Positions 25,159 to 38,729 of a stretch of 64,000 bases of DNA are shown in pieces; positions within the stretch are counted from its first letter, which is position 1; every line of letters starts with the position of its first letter. Under the pieces are notes generated by a model. That model ran no database searches. It was not told where the DNA came from and was given only the letters and a program-made list of their open reading frames with translations. The translations under genes were made by a program, and so were the position numbers. The stretch is taken from the NCBI GenBank assembly GCA_002104905.1, contig MCFE01000119.1:62001-126000 (forward strand). The letters are read 5' to 3'. This DNA is from Basidiobolus meristosporus CBS 931.73. Its lineage: Eukaryota; Fungi; Basidiobolomycota.

Positions 25159-26251
25159 TGATATAAAAGTTGTAGTGGAATTGGAAGTTCAGCTAGTATT
25201 GTATTCATTCTAATTTGAACTGATTTTTATCAAGGATCCAGCAGCTCCATATATATATCTTTCCAGATCAACTGCAGACTAGTTGTATTTGATTATGTAG
25301 GTTGTGGCTGATGGCTTGTTTTATTGCATCATCATCACCCAATTAGATCTCACATACTACATCCAATTCTGTCTGATATGGAGCTGCTGATTCATCTGCT
25401 GACCAATACTACTGATTTGATAGGTAACACTGATATAATCATAGGCTAAAGATAAGACTTGTTCCGTTGGATAGTGCCACATTGAGCCATGAGTGCCAAA
25501 TAGTGCCATAGTGTGCCTGAGAGTCATAGCAGACCTAAACTTGGCCACAGAGTATGGCATATAGTTCTTCATATTCATGCAAAGCAGCCCCTGTGTTTCA
25601 CCTACAGTGCAGGAGAAAATCAATTTTTTAACCTTTTTTTTGGGATCAAAATTGTGCATGACATAAAAGAGCACAGACAGACTGAAGATATGCATCTGGT
25701 ACACAATACCCATGGCACTCTAAATCTAGCCCCACAGGCTTGTAGCATGTCACAAAAATGCATGGCACTATCTTGGTCCACTGGCACTATCTGGCACTTT
25801 AAGTGCTTTGTATAGGTTCTACTTTAGGGCTAATATTTAAATATAGTGCCAGAGAGTACCAGTGGACCAAGATAGTGCCATGCACTTTTGTGACATGCTA
25901 CAAGCCTGTGGGGCTAGATTTAGAGTGCCATGGGTATTATGTACTAGATGCATATCTTCAGTCTGTCTGTGCTCTTTTATGTCATGCACAATTTTGATCC
26001 CAAAAAAAAGGTTAAAAAATTGATTTTCTCCTGCACCATAGGTGAAACATAGGGGCTGCTTTGCATGAATATGCAGAACTATATGTTGCACTCTGTGGCC
26101 AAGCTTAGGTCTGCTATGACTCTCAGGCACACTATGGCACTATTTGGCACTCATGGCTCAATGTGGCACTATCCAACGGAAAAGTCTATAAAACTAGCTG
26201 ATTTGACTAGAAACTGATCTAGCTTCAATATTCATGTGGTAGATCATAACA
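25159..26251 (-). repeat. Gypsy 5' LTR (~357 bp without the MITE)
   Basis: Minus strand reads TGTTATGATC...TTTTATATCA with a TATA-like TATATAT. Homologous to 34641-34992 and 35430-35851. Confidence 0.8.
25455..26187. mobile_element. Foldback MITE of the Harbinger-like family (733 bp)
   Basis: Inverted arms of about 344 bp (25455-25798 and 25845-26187) with a 46-bp spacer. The end AGACTTGTTCCGTTGGATAGTGCCACA matches 50852; ATA TSD on both sides. Confidence 0.93.
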
Positions 26252-26606
26252 TTGAGTCTAACAAGATATAGGTACTGAGCTTCTATATACAAGCAACTGA
26301 TTAACTAGCATTACCACTTCTTTATAGAACACGTAAATCTAAGCACTTCTCAGATTGATACATGTTTGGCCACTCAAGTAATCATAGAGTATTCCTTAGG
26401 CATTACAGTATAAACAATGTATAGTTGAAATATTGAGCTATTTGGTATCATTAAGTAGCTAAAGATTTACTTCACATTTAATGACTGGTCTAAATCATGG
26501 TAAGATTCATTTGCAACCCTAACTTTGCAACTTTTCTCAGATTTATGATTATATGATATTCACCTATGGTCAAGATCATATTAATGCTTCTAACAAATGT
26601 TATGTA

Positions 26607-27400
26607 TGTTGAAATATTTGACCATTTGGTATCATTCAGCAGCTAAAAATTTACTTAGCAATTGTAGACTAGTCTTGGTCACTATGGGACCAATTTGCAG
26701 CAGCAACATAGCAAGTCTCATCAGATCTATGATCCTTTGACTAATCCCCTATAGAGAAGATTATATTAATACTATTTACCAAACATTATGTACTAACCCT
26801 GAAACTCTCACAGAATGCTCCTGAGTGTTAAGAAACCCTCCTTATTTAGTATTACAGCTCTATTACTTCTACAAAGGTACAAATACTGATCCTCTTCGTG
26901 AATAAATAACGGTTCAACTATTATTCCTATTTCTTGATAAGTTCCTTATATCCAAAATACTTCTTATATTGCAACATGTTATGAGCCCCAATTGCCTTAA
27001 TTTATTCTAAACATGACTTGTACTAACAAACAGAACAATAAAAACATCTTTCTTGTAAAGGAGAGGTTTGATAGCAAGAACTACAGACTTTGGATAATCA
27101 AGTTGCAGATCCACCTTGATCAAAGAAAGCCTTGGAACATAATATCAGGAAAAGAAATTGTGCCAAAAGGAACAGCAGAAGAAGTGGAGAAGTCTCAAGA
27201 GAAGGAGAAAATGGCCTTCAATGCGCTATATGTCAATATGCAAGATTCCTTCATTGGACAAATCCACGCTTCAGATACTGTCAATGCCACATGGGAATCA
27301 TCAGAGAAGATCTCTAGAGCAAAGCCAGTATCAAGCAAGCTTCATATAACAGAAATTGAGTGAAACTGGGCATAAATTAGCTTTGGGTATCAGAGATCAC
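26607..27400 (+). mobile_element. Copia family 2: 5' LTR (26607-26976), PBS and gag start, truncated
   Basis: 370-bp TGTTG...GCAACA LTR, then TGTTATGAGCCC, then gag-like NYRLWIIKLQIHLDQRKPWNII. A partial older LTR copy lies at about 26423-26606. Confidence 0.8.
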
Positions 27401-27458
27401 AACCACACCCTTTTTGATCTGTTTCACATATATGCAGTGATATGCAGTGCTACAGATG

Positions 27459-27807
27459 TGTTGTAATTACTGAGTTGTCACCTAATTATTCATTCTAACT
27501 TGGTCACGTAGATTGTATACTGTGATTAGCATTCTGTCCTTACCAGATTTCTTGTAGGGATTTACTTGGATCATTTTCACCAAATTGTCAGATACCCAGA
27601 TTTTTATTTTTCTTGAAGTTGTCCAAAAGACCCCAAACTTTGCACACATATTCTTGGGACCTTCCTTAGCAAACTCTACACGTTTGTTTCCTCTAATTTA
27701 TGAAAAGTACAAATACCATACTTTTGATCAATAAATCTACAAGTGAAGAACATGTAAATCCTCTAGTTCTCCACATTACTTCCAATACTTCTCAGAGTAT
27801 TGCCGCA
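27459..27807 (+). repeat. Probable Copia solo LTR (349 bp)
   Basis: Similar to the LTR at 41631-41979 and to family 1 LTRs; flanks AGATG/AAATG fit a 5-bp TSD with one mismatch. Confidence 0.65.
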
Positions 27808-27819
27808 AAATGAACCCAA

Positions 27820-30800
27820 TCTCCTCTGTATATGTGCCTATCTTCTTTTACTATACTCCAGGTGCCTGCTTGGGCCCATACAGCAATTTCTTAAGTCTGC
27901 ACACCTTATGGAGGCCTTTTGGATTGGTAAAACCTTCTTGTTGCTGCTTATATATAGTTTCTTGCAAATCCCCATTTAGTGAGGCTGTTTTGACATCCAT
28001 TTGGCATAGATCTAGACTGTGTACAGCTGCCAGGGCTTGAACTCTCCCAATGAAGTTAGGCTGGGCAACCAGAGCAGATGTTTCTTTAAAGTCTAGTCCC
28101 TGGACCTGGGAATAGTCATTAGCCACTAATCTAGCCTTGTACTTTCCAACAGTACCATTTGAGGTTATCTTGATCTTGTAGACCCATCTACATCCTGTTG
28201 GCTATCTCCCATGATTGTAAATCTACCAGTTCCCACATTTTTGCCTTGATCAGTGATTGGTACTCCTCCTGCTTGGCTTGTTGCCACATAGTTACATCTG
28301 GACTTTGCATTGCTAGTAGCAGATTCTGAGGTTTGGAACATAAGGTAAGATAAGCTTCTTCATGATCATTAAGTGTCTGCCACCACAATAAACAGTCATT
28401 TCCTACTTTGGTATATCTCCCAACTGGGATAATTGGCTATGATCTGGAACTGGAATAATTATCTTTTGTATCTGGCTGAATTTTGTATGTATATTCTTCA
28501 TTAGTGTTGATTGCATCATCAGGCAGCTGGCCAATGATTTCTGTGGCTTTCTCATCTGATTTCTTCTCAAATAGAATGTGGCTGCTCTTGATCAGCTTCT
28601 GGGTTTTTCCATCATTCAATCTATACCCTTTAGTATCATCACAATACCTGAGAAAGATCCCTTTTCTGCTCTTTGATTCCGGCTTTGAGCTTTTTTTGTC
28701 AGGGATGTGATAAAATACACCACTGTCAAAGATCCTGAGGTGCTGGAGGTCTGGTTTTTTGTCTGTATATGCTTTAAAGGGTGTAGAAGCACATAGTGCT
28801 GTTTTTGGGCATCTATTCTTGTTTTGTACAGCTGTAGCAACAGATTCTGCCCAGGACTTGTAGTCTACTCCCTTATCATGTAGCATAGATTTTCCTATCT
28901 CTACTACTGCTCTACTAGCTGTTCTGCTACTCCAATTTGCTGTGGAGTATATGGAACAGTGGTCAGTTGAAGTATATCAGTATATGAGCAGTATATGCAA
29001 ACTCCTTTAAGCAGTATTTACCTCCATTGTCACTTCAAAGTATCATCAAATTCCACCCAGTTTGTGTTTCTACCATGTTCTTGAAGTGCTTAAACATCTT
29101 TAAAGCCTCATCCTTTATTTTGAGGAAGCATATCCATATATATCCTGTCTTGTCATCAATAAGTGTCATAAAGTATCTCTTGGCTCCAAAGGACAGTGTT
29201 CTCATGGGCACACATATGTCTGAATATACAATAGCTAATATCTTCACGGTATTGATGCCTTCTGAGCTCCTGAGATGTTGCCTTGCTTGTTTCCCACTTG
29301 AACATCCCTTACAGACTCTCAATTTTATTGGAACTGGGTAATTTAGGCCTAAAACAAGGTCATTTTTCATCAATTGGCTCATTTTGTGTTCCCCAATATG
29401 TCCTAGCCTCCTATGCCATGTCTCCCAGTTAGTTTCATTAGTTTCAGCAATGTTAGCATACTCAGGTGCGGTTACATTGCATTGTTACTTGTATATATTG
29501 AGATATCTGATTCCCAAAGCTAATTTTTGTCCATTTTACCCATTATTGAGCAGTTCAGCTTAGTAATAGCAAATTTCAGTCCCTGAGCAGTTGCTCTATT
29601 GACTGAAATTAGATTCTTAGCTATTCCAGGGGCGTAGAGTATGTCTGTTGGCTTTGCTGCTGTTTTGCCTGCTCTAGTTTCTGTCTTTTGTCTGCATGTT
29701 TCTTCTTGTATTCTCTTGCCCAGTGTCCTGGCTTCATATAGTAGTTAAAGCAACCAGGTTTTATGGTTTTTGTTACCTTCCCTTCTTTTCTATGTGCCTT
29801 TCTGAGCTGAATGAAGTATTGTCCTCAATTTTCTCTGCTTGATCATTATGGCTGAGTTTTTCATGGAGAGGTCTCCCTTTGACACAGTGTAAAGTCAAAT
29901 TGTCTTCTCTGCTTCCAAAAGAAAGTATGAGAGGTGCATACTTGTCTGGTAGGTTGCAAAGCTGACAGAGTATTGTTTCTTTATCATTTACACTAGCATT
30001 AATGCTGTAAAGTTCTTCTGCAAGTGTCTCCGTTCTGGTAATGAGTTATTTTATGTCATCATCTGGCTTCTTCCACATGTTGACAAGCTTTTGTATTAGG
30101 TAAGGCTTGCTTGATACTGACTTTGCTCTAAAGAACTCTCTAAGGGTTCCCATGCTGCTTTGGCAGTATGTGAAGTATGAATTTGTCCAATGAAGGAATC
30201 TTGCACATTGGTACATATGGCATTAATGGCCTTTCTCTCCTTCTGTTGAAACTTCTCCACTTTTTCTGCTGTTCCTTTGGGCTCAGTTTCATTCCCTGTT
30301 ACTATATTCCAAAGCTTTCTTTACTCAGAGTGGATCTTCATCTTGATTCTCCAAAGTCTGTAGTTCTTCCTATTAAGCCTCTTCTTTATAGGGAAGATGT
30401 TTGTATAGTTTTGTTTGCTGGTAAAAGTTATCTTACAATAGGCTAAGGCAATTGGGTCTCATAACCTGTTGCAATTTAAGAAGTGTTTTAGATATATGGA
30501 GCTTATCAAGATATAGTCATAATAGTTGAGCTGTTGTTTATTTACAAAGAGGAGCAGTGTTTATACCTTTGTGGAAGTAATATAGCTGTAACACCTACTA
30601 AGGAGGGTTTCCTAACATTCAGGGGCATTCTGTAACAGTTTGTGCATTAGTACATAATGTTTGGTAAAAAATGTTGATTTGATCTTCACTATAGGGGAAT
30701 AATCATAGGAACATTGGTGTGAAGAAACTTGCAAATTTGGGGCTACATATAGGTCCTACAGTGACCAAGACTACTCTAGAACTGTTAAGTATGTTTTTAG

Positions 30801-30836
30801 TTGCTGAATGATACCAAATAGTCCAATATTTCAACA
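27820..30836 (-). mobile_element. Copia family 2, degenerate: 5' LTR (30467-30836), PBS, gag, IN, partial RT
   Basis: LTR matches 26607-26976; PBS GGTTATGAGACCC; motifs VYSDICVPM, WAESVATAV and QMDVKTASLNGDL. Confidence 0.85.
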
Positions 30837-31149
30837 TAAATAACAGTTCATCTATTATCCCTATTTCTCAATTGGATCCATGTATTCAAATCACTTCTTA
30901 AAATGCATCAATGTATTTCCCCTGGAGCTATTACAGACCATTCCTGACTATTAAGAAACTCTTTTAACCTAGTGTCACACTTACATTTCCCCTACAATGG
31001 TATTAATACTATGCTCCTTTATGAATAAACAATACTTCAGCTATCATCACTATATCTTGAACAGATCCTTATTTCAATATGATTTAATTGATTGCAACAT
31101 GTATAAATGGTATATTGATACTTATATTATAACAACTAGGTGCACTAGC

Positions 31150-33290
31150 TACCTGGTGCATGCTGATTCAAGTGAGTGTGTGGGCCCTTTTGGCTGACCT
31201 TAGTCTTCTGAGCAAATATTGCAGAGTGATAGCCCCAAAAAAGAGGGCTAAATAGTGAAATATGAGTCTTTATCCCTTACATTAACATTTTATCTCATAC
31301 CAGCAACATCATAATACAAAATGGCAAAACATATGTGGGAAAAATGTCAAGGACACTTTATAGAGCCATCTTAGGCCAGCAGTCCATTTATTGGTCAATG
31401 ATACAATGAATGCATTAGAAACAGGGTGTGGTTAGTCTAGCTTCAGTGATGGGGGCTTTCAAGATTTTCTACTACTTTTTTTCAAGATCATTTTGGGAAT
31501 AATTTCTCACAGGTTTATTCCATGGATTGACTATCATCATGCAGCTGGCAACATATAACATAGAGAGCATCCTGATGCCAGCTTGTGCTAACAGTTATAG
31601 GCATTCACATCAGTCAATGATACTATTGTAGATCTCCAGTTTCTCTGGAACTGATCGCCATACAATCAAAATATTGTTCAGATTATAGATATTTTGATAC
31701 AATAACTTATTGAAAGAAGCTCATGTTGTCAAAAATATATTTTATAGGCACAAAGTACTACACTTGGTATCAAATAGGCATGAACATTTCCAATCTACTT
31801 TATGGCAAACAATACAGAGAGTTAAAAAACAAGGGCTACTCTCAATGTTTGCATTTGTTGCAACTCTCAATATAAGAGCAATTCAGACATAGAGAGTTTG
31901 GCTAGTGTTGTACTCAATAAAACCATACCAATTCTTAGTGAGGTACCAGCAGCTCTTTATATTTGAGATGCTACATTAGTGCTGACTAATCATACTTCCC
32001 AAAGTGGGTAGTGTCTGATGACATATTGAACTGCAAGATTATCACCTCATTAGATCTTACTTAATACTTCTATTTCTGGCTAATAAGTATCTCCCAATTT
32101 ATTTGCTGCTTCTATAACTGCTTGGATTGATAACACTGGTGTATTGATAGGCTAACCATAAAGCCAGTTGCCTTGACAAAACTGGGGAATTGGCAAGAAT
32201 TGGCAAGGTATTTTGGGGTATAGTTACCCAAAGTACTTGTGACAAGAACCAATCTGCAGTCATATTGGTACACAATAATTAATATGCAAGTACTGGATGA
32301 ACTGGATATGCCAGGATTCAAGTGGTCTTCAGAAGCAATTTCTACATAGAGTACATTGGAAGCATTGCAGTTCCTGTACTCACCATATCAGAATATCTGT
32401 CCAGAAGTAGAACATCAATACTAGCTCAGTGCATTTACAGCTTTGGGACAAGACATTGATGATGGCATTAGAGTGAATGCCTTAAGAGCATATGGCTGGG
32501 TGTATGCATCTCTGCTACTCAAGTGCTCATTTTCTACTCCATCTTGCTTGGTGTACCAAGATCATTGGGCCTTGCTTCACTTTTGGGCAGTTTTCTCCAG
32601 AGTCAATATGTAGTGAGATAGGATGACAAGTTAAATTTCATGTACTTCCATATTCTAGTCCCTTTAAGAAGATTACCTTCAATTTGGTCATATATGTGAT
32701 GAGTTGCCCTCTGCAGAACTTCAGGAAGCAGTTGGAAAATAAACATCTCAGATGCGCACATGGAAACACATATGCATTTGGCATTGAGCAACTGAGTACC
32801 ACCAATATGTAGGTATTTAGTGAATTAAGACAAGTTTAGGTTGCAAACCACAGGTAACTACATCTTACCAGGACAACTTAGCCAATCCCTAATTTGTATT
32901 ACATGAGTACAAGCCAATTTAGGGCTAGAGTGTGTAACCCACACTCAGTATTTAACTTCATTGAAATCTGCCATTGAGTAAGCACATCTGCCCTAACACC
33001 CTCTTTCCATCACATTGGCAGGAACCCTCCAGCTTTGTGGCATTATTCATTAACTGACTCTCATACATACTAGTCTTTAGCCTATACTCTCAGTTTTAGT
33101 GCCTCATCTGCTAGTCTTTGCAGTCTATCATTGCAATATTCAGGAATGCATTGTTGAGCTCTGCTTTTGAAGAAGCGCCTCCCCCTCTTGGAGTGCCTAT
33201 TGATATTCCTAAACTCTTGATAGATATTGTGAAAGTCTTCTGGGTACCTGATGTTGTTGCTTTTTCTACTGGAAGATGGTTTTCATCATG
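31150..33290. pseudogene. CMC family copy 3: transposase remnant (+, ~31150-32930) joined to ORF X C-terminal remnant (-, ~32935-33290)
   Basis: Patchy nucleotide similarity to 20920-22990 and 18440-18760. Confidence 0.7.
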
Positions 33291-34992
33291 GTCATATATG
33301 TTGCAGGAGCATTAGTGAGGCCAAAACTCATGACTAAGTGCTTCTAATGTCCATATCTAGTCCTAAATGCTGTCTTAGGGATGTCTTCTGGTTTCACCCT
33401 AATCTAGTTGTATCCTCATATGAGGTCAAACTTGCTGTATATGACAGCTTGATTGAGTTGGTCCAAAAGCTCATCAATCTAAGGTATGGGGTTCTTGTTC
33501 TTTAGAGTAACTGAGCTGAGGGCTCTGTAGCCAATGCACATCCTAAGTTTTCCATCTTTCTTTTCACGATAGGTGCAGGTGCTCCCCAAGGTGACTTGCT
33601 GGGTCTGATATATCCTTGCTCCAATAACTGTACTATATATTTATTCATCTCTCCCAGTCTAATAAACTCATTCTGTAAGGTGTATTACTAACCATAGGGC
33701 TATCTCCTGTGTAAATGGCATGATCCATATTCTTGGACTATTTGTAGACTTACAAGCTCATATGGTAACACATCTGAGCATTTCTTCCAAAGAGTCTTGA
33801 CCATTGGGGGTGCTGAAACAGAGGAATTCTCCTGTTATACTGCAAGGGAGAACATTTTGGTACTTTTTCTAAGTTTGCAGCAGAGCTGTGTCTTGTTAAA
33901 TTCACTTGTTTCATACACACTGGAATTGATCAAGTTGAAATCCTGTCTGGCAAATAATGGCCAATGGGTCTTGTTGTACTTCTGGACCCAAGTTGCATGG
34001 GTCCTTTGGTTGATTGATGGATTGCAACAAAAAATTAGGCTTTTTGAGTATTTAGCTTAATCAAAGTGGTCCTTCACTCAACTTGTCCAAGTAGACATCT
34101 ATGCTCATGGATATATTGTTGAGCCATTCCTTTCTGTCTGAATGTCTTCAGCTTCCTTGTTAGTAGTATCTGATCATGGAGAGGTCCAAGGTATCTTGAA
34201 TTTGCAACACAATCTCATTCCATATAGAGATGGTTGAGTGTCCCATCATAGTGGCTAACCTGATATTGTTGTGATACAGCTGTAAAGCTGCATCTGCCAG
34301 GTAAGAGGCTGCATAATATAACTTGCTTTCCGGAGCATTTCCATCAAACTTGAAAGCTTCACTAATCTGAAAGAGCCAGGTTCCTAGGTTTTTATTGACT
34401 CAAGCATGGTGCCAGTTGACCTTCACACTAAAGTTGCTCTTGGTAAGGTTTTGCTGGTTCTGGGCCATGGAAGTCATTCCCTGCTGCTGCTGGCTGAGGA
34501 TCTGGTGTAACTGTTGCTGTTGGGCCAGGATTTGCAGCATAGCATTCTAGCATTCTTGATTTTCTAACGTCTTGAGGGAGGCTTCTTCTTTCTTCAGGGG
34601 GGAGGTTTCTGGTTATTGCTACTGCTAATGTCACAAGTCTTGATAAAAGAGTTGAAGAGGAATAGGGAGTTTAGCTTTTTTTTATTCACTAAAACTTGAA
34701 CTGATTTTTATTGAAGTTCCAGCAGCTTCTTATATACTTCTTTCCAGATTAATTGCAATCTAATTGTATTTGCTAATGTAGGCTGTGGCTGATGACTCAT
34801 TTGATTGCATCATCATCACTCAATTAGATCTTGCATACTATATCTAATTTGGTCTGATAAAGATCTGCTGATTCATCTGCTGACCAATACTACTAATTTG
34901 ATAGATAACACTGATATTATTATAGGCTGAGTATAAAATTAATTGATTTAACAAGAGACTAATCTAACTTAGACACTCAAGCAGAAGATCAT
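33290..34992 (-). mobile_element. Gypsy (Tf1-like family) fragment: LTR 34641-34992, gag, partial RT
   Basis: Similar to 16190-16900 (RT), 24590-25150 (gag) and the LTR at 25159. Confidence 0.8.
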
Positions 34993-35179
34993 AAGTGGTA
35001 CTGTTTTTTTCATGCCAACAGAAGTCTGCATCAAGTCTGCTGGAACATGGTCATATACTTCTCGACATGTGGCTTTAATATGTACTAGCCAGCTGGGTCC
35101 ACTCACATAGATGTTGACCACATTGAGACGGTTACATTGCTGTTCAAATCCCACCAAAAGACAATTCAGGCCTCATCAA

Positions 35180-35350
35180 GTTTTTGACCTTCAGCAGTAA
35201 ATTTAGCAAAACATTGTCACAATCACATTGTAAGATTGTGAAGATGGTCAATAACACCAAGTTGCCAGCATTGTGGCATCCTCATAATGAGATTCCAACA
35301 GCTGATTGGATCAGATTCACCCACAGGCCTATTTCAGTTTTGATATGGTA
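35180..35350. mobile_element. CMC family right-end fragment
   Basis: Similar to the subterminal region 23680-23833, with a decayed TIR. Confidence 0.5.
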
Positions 35351-35429
35351 ACCACATTGCGTTTGTTGTATCCATACATGCTGCCATGTATATTCCCAAT
35401 GTAGTGTAGAGTGCTATTGTTACAAGTTT

Positions 35430-35851
35430 TGGTATAAGAGTTGTAGGGGAATAGGGAGCTTAGCTAGTATTGTATTCACTAAAACTTGAACTGATTTTTA
35501 TTGAGGTTCCAGCAGCTATAGGGAGTTTAGCTTTTTTTTATTCACTAAAACTTGAACTGATTTTTATTGAAGTTCCAGCAGCTTCTTATATACATCTTTC
35601 CAGATTAATTTCTGACTAATTGTATTTCCTAATGTAGGTTGCAGCTGATGACTCATTTGATTGCATCATCATCACCCTATATGATCCTACTTAATATATC
35701 TATTTCTGTCTGATAAGGATCTGCTGATGCATTTGCTGACTAATGCTACTGATTTCATAGATAATACTGATATACTGATAACCTAAGCATAGACTATTTG
35801 ATTTGACTAAAAACTGATCTAACTTGAACATTCAAGCAGCAGATCATAGCA
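35430..35851 (-). repeat. Gypsy LTR with internal ~67-bp tandem duplication
   Basis: Homologous to 34641-34992; the block ATAGGGAG...CCAGCAGCT occurs twice at about 35452-35583. Confidence 0.8.
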
Positions 35852-35860
35852 CTATACTAT

Positions 35861-36715
35861 CCCTATAAAAAATTTCAAACTTGGAACTCATTTGGTTTTC
35901 TGACAATATTCTGCTGATGTCCTGATGATATTATGCTGGTATTGTGCTAGTGTTTTTTATTCAGATTTTGATGCAACTTTTGATGGAAGCACGGAGTGTC
36001 TAGTTACCAAATTTGGTATGAATGCTAGTTGAGCTATTATTCTCTTAGAAAATGTGCCTGCTTGTCCGCCCAATTGTTAGAACCTGAGACATTCAGAGTT
36101 ATCAGTTTGGAGACACTTGGAGTTTGGCTGAAAGTGTGATGGTAATTTGCTGGTCTTTTATTAGTTTATTTTTCTCAGGGTATATAGCTCTCTTTGACTC
36201 CATGTAATCACTCCTTTGCAATTAATAAAGGCATATCTCCTGGTGAATCTAATATTATGAAGAACCTTGCACTCAACAAGTAACTCCACTAAAATCTGCT
36301 GTTGAAAAATGTGCTTGCCATAATGCCCTTTTTCTGTGATTTTGGCAGGAACCCTACAGCATTGTGACATTGTTCATTCACTGGTTCCCACTTGTCCCAG
36401 TCTTCAGCATGTACTGCAAGGTTTGGTGCCCCATCTGCTAGTCCTTGCAATAAATCCTTGCAACATTCAAGTGCACTTTCTTAGGCACTACTCTTGAAGA
36501 AGCACTGCAACCTATTAGTGTGCCTATCATTGTTCTGAATCTCCAGTGTAGGCATTGCAATAGTCTCTATTTCTTGATGGTGTAGCTTTGGCTGTCAGTG
36601 AGGTCTCCATTCTGTCTACAATGCAGGACATGGGGCTGTAGTTGACTTATTGCCTTCCTTGGCAACTTATCTTCCTCACAGGAGTATAACATGAATAGCT
36701 TCACCCTCAATTCTT
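35861..36715. mobile_element. CMC family left-end fragment with ORF X C-terminus
   Basis: Begins CCCTATAAAAAATT; 36330-36700 matches 18520-18900. Confidence 0.7.
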
Positions 36716-36719
36716 ATGA

Positions 36720-38269
36720 AGACAACTATTGCTTTGTTTTTGCCTCAAATGACTAATGTTTACGTGATTTATTAGTAGAGCTAAGTGGCTTCTGAGAGCA
36801 ATATACACAGGACTCTTCCAGGCAACAGTTGCAAAGAACTAGACAGAGGGTAAGTGAATACCTTGAGGAATCAGAAGGTGAGCTTCAAGAGGAAGAATAC
36901 TGACCACAAGCAACATTGCCTAGATTGCGCCAGCATGCCTTGCTGGATTCCTTACCATACCTTGCAACTTCAGCATACCAGCACATGTCAGTCTATATTA
37001 AGCCAACACCCTTCACAAGAGCAACCTACATTGACTCATCATGTATTGGGTCAACGGGCATGCTTCAGAGCAAAACCACCCCAACCCACCAAACTGCTCA
37101 AAAAGACACAAGTCCATTGGAGCAAGCCAAGTCATGTCAACAAGCCGCACCACATCAAACTCAGCCAAGGGCCATGCCAGCACATCCATTTGCGTTTGCG
37201 TGTGCCATTACACCTGACCATCAGCAAGTTTCTGCTGGTGAACTGACTGATGATGACCCACATGAAGTACCTCCACCACCAGAGTCTTTGGCAAGTAAAA
37301 GAACACATCAGCATGCAGCACTGCAGGCTGGCTCAGTTGCATCATCTGGAGCAATTCAGCACAGCCAGGCTTCAGCATTGCACTCATCAGCTTTGAGGCA
37401 AAATACTACAAATACACAAGTAGACAAGAGGGTTGTCAACAAGAAAGTAGTTTAGGTGTGCAAAGTGAATCACTACCAAATGCTTCAGTAGTAATCCCTG
37501 TGAGAACAAAGCATAGGAGAAGATGATGCAATTGCATTGAATTACTATTATTTGTAATGAATCAAACAATGCATTTTTTTTGCAATCTGCATCAAGCCAT
37601 GGCAAATCAGTGATCACTAAATTTTTGATATAAGCAATATCAAGGTTGTCTCACACTTGAGACAGGACCCCTCTAAATAAACACCCTGCATATGTGTACA
37701 TCATCTGTGGCACCAGTACAGCCATTTGATCTGATTTGCACCCATACAATCAGTTGCATGCTGGCTATGACACCTTGTCCAATCACTAGGATCAGTGATT
37801 TACTTGCTTAATGAGCAAAATGGGATATTTGATGGCAAATCAGGTAGCTTGTGTATTGGTCAAAGAGCCAATTGGGGGTTGAAAGCTTCAGGTTACTTTT
37901 GGACCAATTAACCACTGAGATACCATCCAAATGGAGTGAGGGTAACTAAATTGGTAAGTATCAGTGTAGTTTATAGTGTGATACACATTGATTTCCATTT
38001 ACAGTAAAGAAACATATTCAAATACCAGATCTTACCTACCATAATAGTGGTATCCAGTTGTGCACATGATGCCAGCATTGCAAGTGGGTGCAATCATACA
38101 TGCCAACCTAATTGTGTCAGATTGTGCCATAATGTGCAAGATCATCCCACATGGCGCAAAATTGTCCAAGGGCAATCCTGCCTACTGGTAGCTTCAATAT
38201 TTTGCCCAATTGTTCTTGGAGACTGCGGATCACGCCACACACCCTGGCACAGTATGATGGAACAAGTCT
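36720..38269 (+). mobile_element. Truncated Harbinger-like copy (ORF2 3' half and right end)
   Basis: Colinear with about 52730-54269; ends GGAACAAGTCT followed by ATA; ORF 36916-37455 is homologous to ORF2. Confidence 0.9.
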
Positions 38270-38710
38270 ATACAGCAATCAACATCCCAGGGAGAGAATG
38301 CTGGAACTTTGCTGTAAAGATGGAGATCAAGTGCCTCAATATCATCAACTGGAATAAAGCCATTTCCAGATGTAACAACAGAGGAACACTGTAAAATGCT
38401 TGAAGCACAACAGCAGTGTCAAATAATGAAGCCCACAGAGAATCCAATTGCAGCATGGGAGGGAGCAACTGTAGTCTTTGTATTGAAGCCTTAAAGCCAG
38501 AATACACTGAAGATCTATGAAAACATGGAGTGTGATGATGAAGAGTGAGTTACTATTCAGGGGGCTACAAATAGTCTGGCATGTAGTCATATTAAGGCCA
38601 GCCTACCATGATATCTTTGGGATCTCATGGCTAAGCAGAATGTTCTTCATCCCTTTCATATGCATTTTCCAGGATTCAAAAAAGCAAGTGGTTTATGCTA
38701 GAACCTGGCT
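38270..38710 (+). pseudogene. ORF X central-domain remnant
   Basis: Matches the reverse complement of about 19560-20000 (AWEG region). Confidence 0.75.
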
Positions 38711-38729
38711 CAATGGGACTGTTGGAGAC

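Larger units (their letters stand above)
17448..26251 (-). mobile_element. Second copy of the same Gypsy family (5' LTR, gag, PR, partial RT), split by the CMC element and a MITE
   Basis: 17448-18049 repeats the RT of about 16310-16900. The sequence is continuous across the CMC insertion (GTTGAT-TGA-TGGACT, compare 34010-34025). The gag and PR remnants lie at 23834-25150. Confidence 0.85.

Noticed and set aside
25513-26130. Two nearly identical ~100-aa ORFs on opposite strands
   Set aside because: They are a by-product of the palindromic MITE arms and have no recognisable motif.
34993-35179. Unassigned ~190-bp segment with a 62-aa minus-strand ORF
   Set aside because: I recognise no motif or second copy in the window; too little to call.
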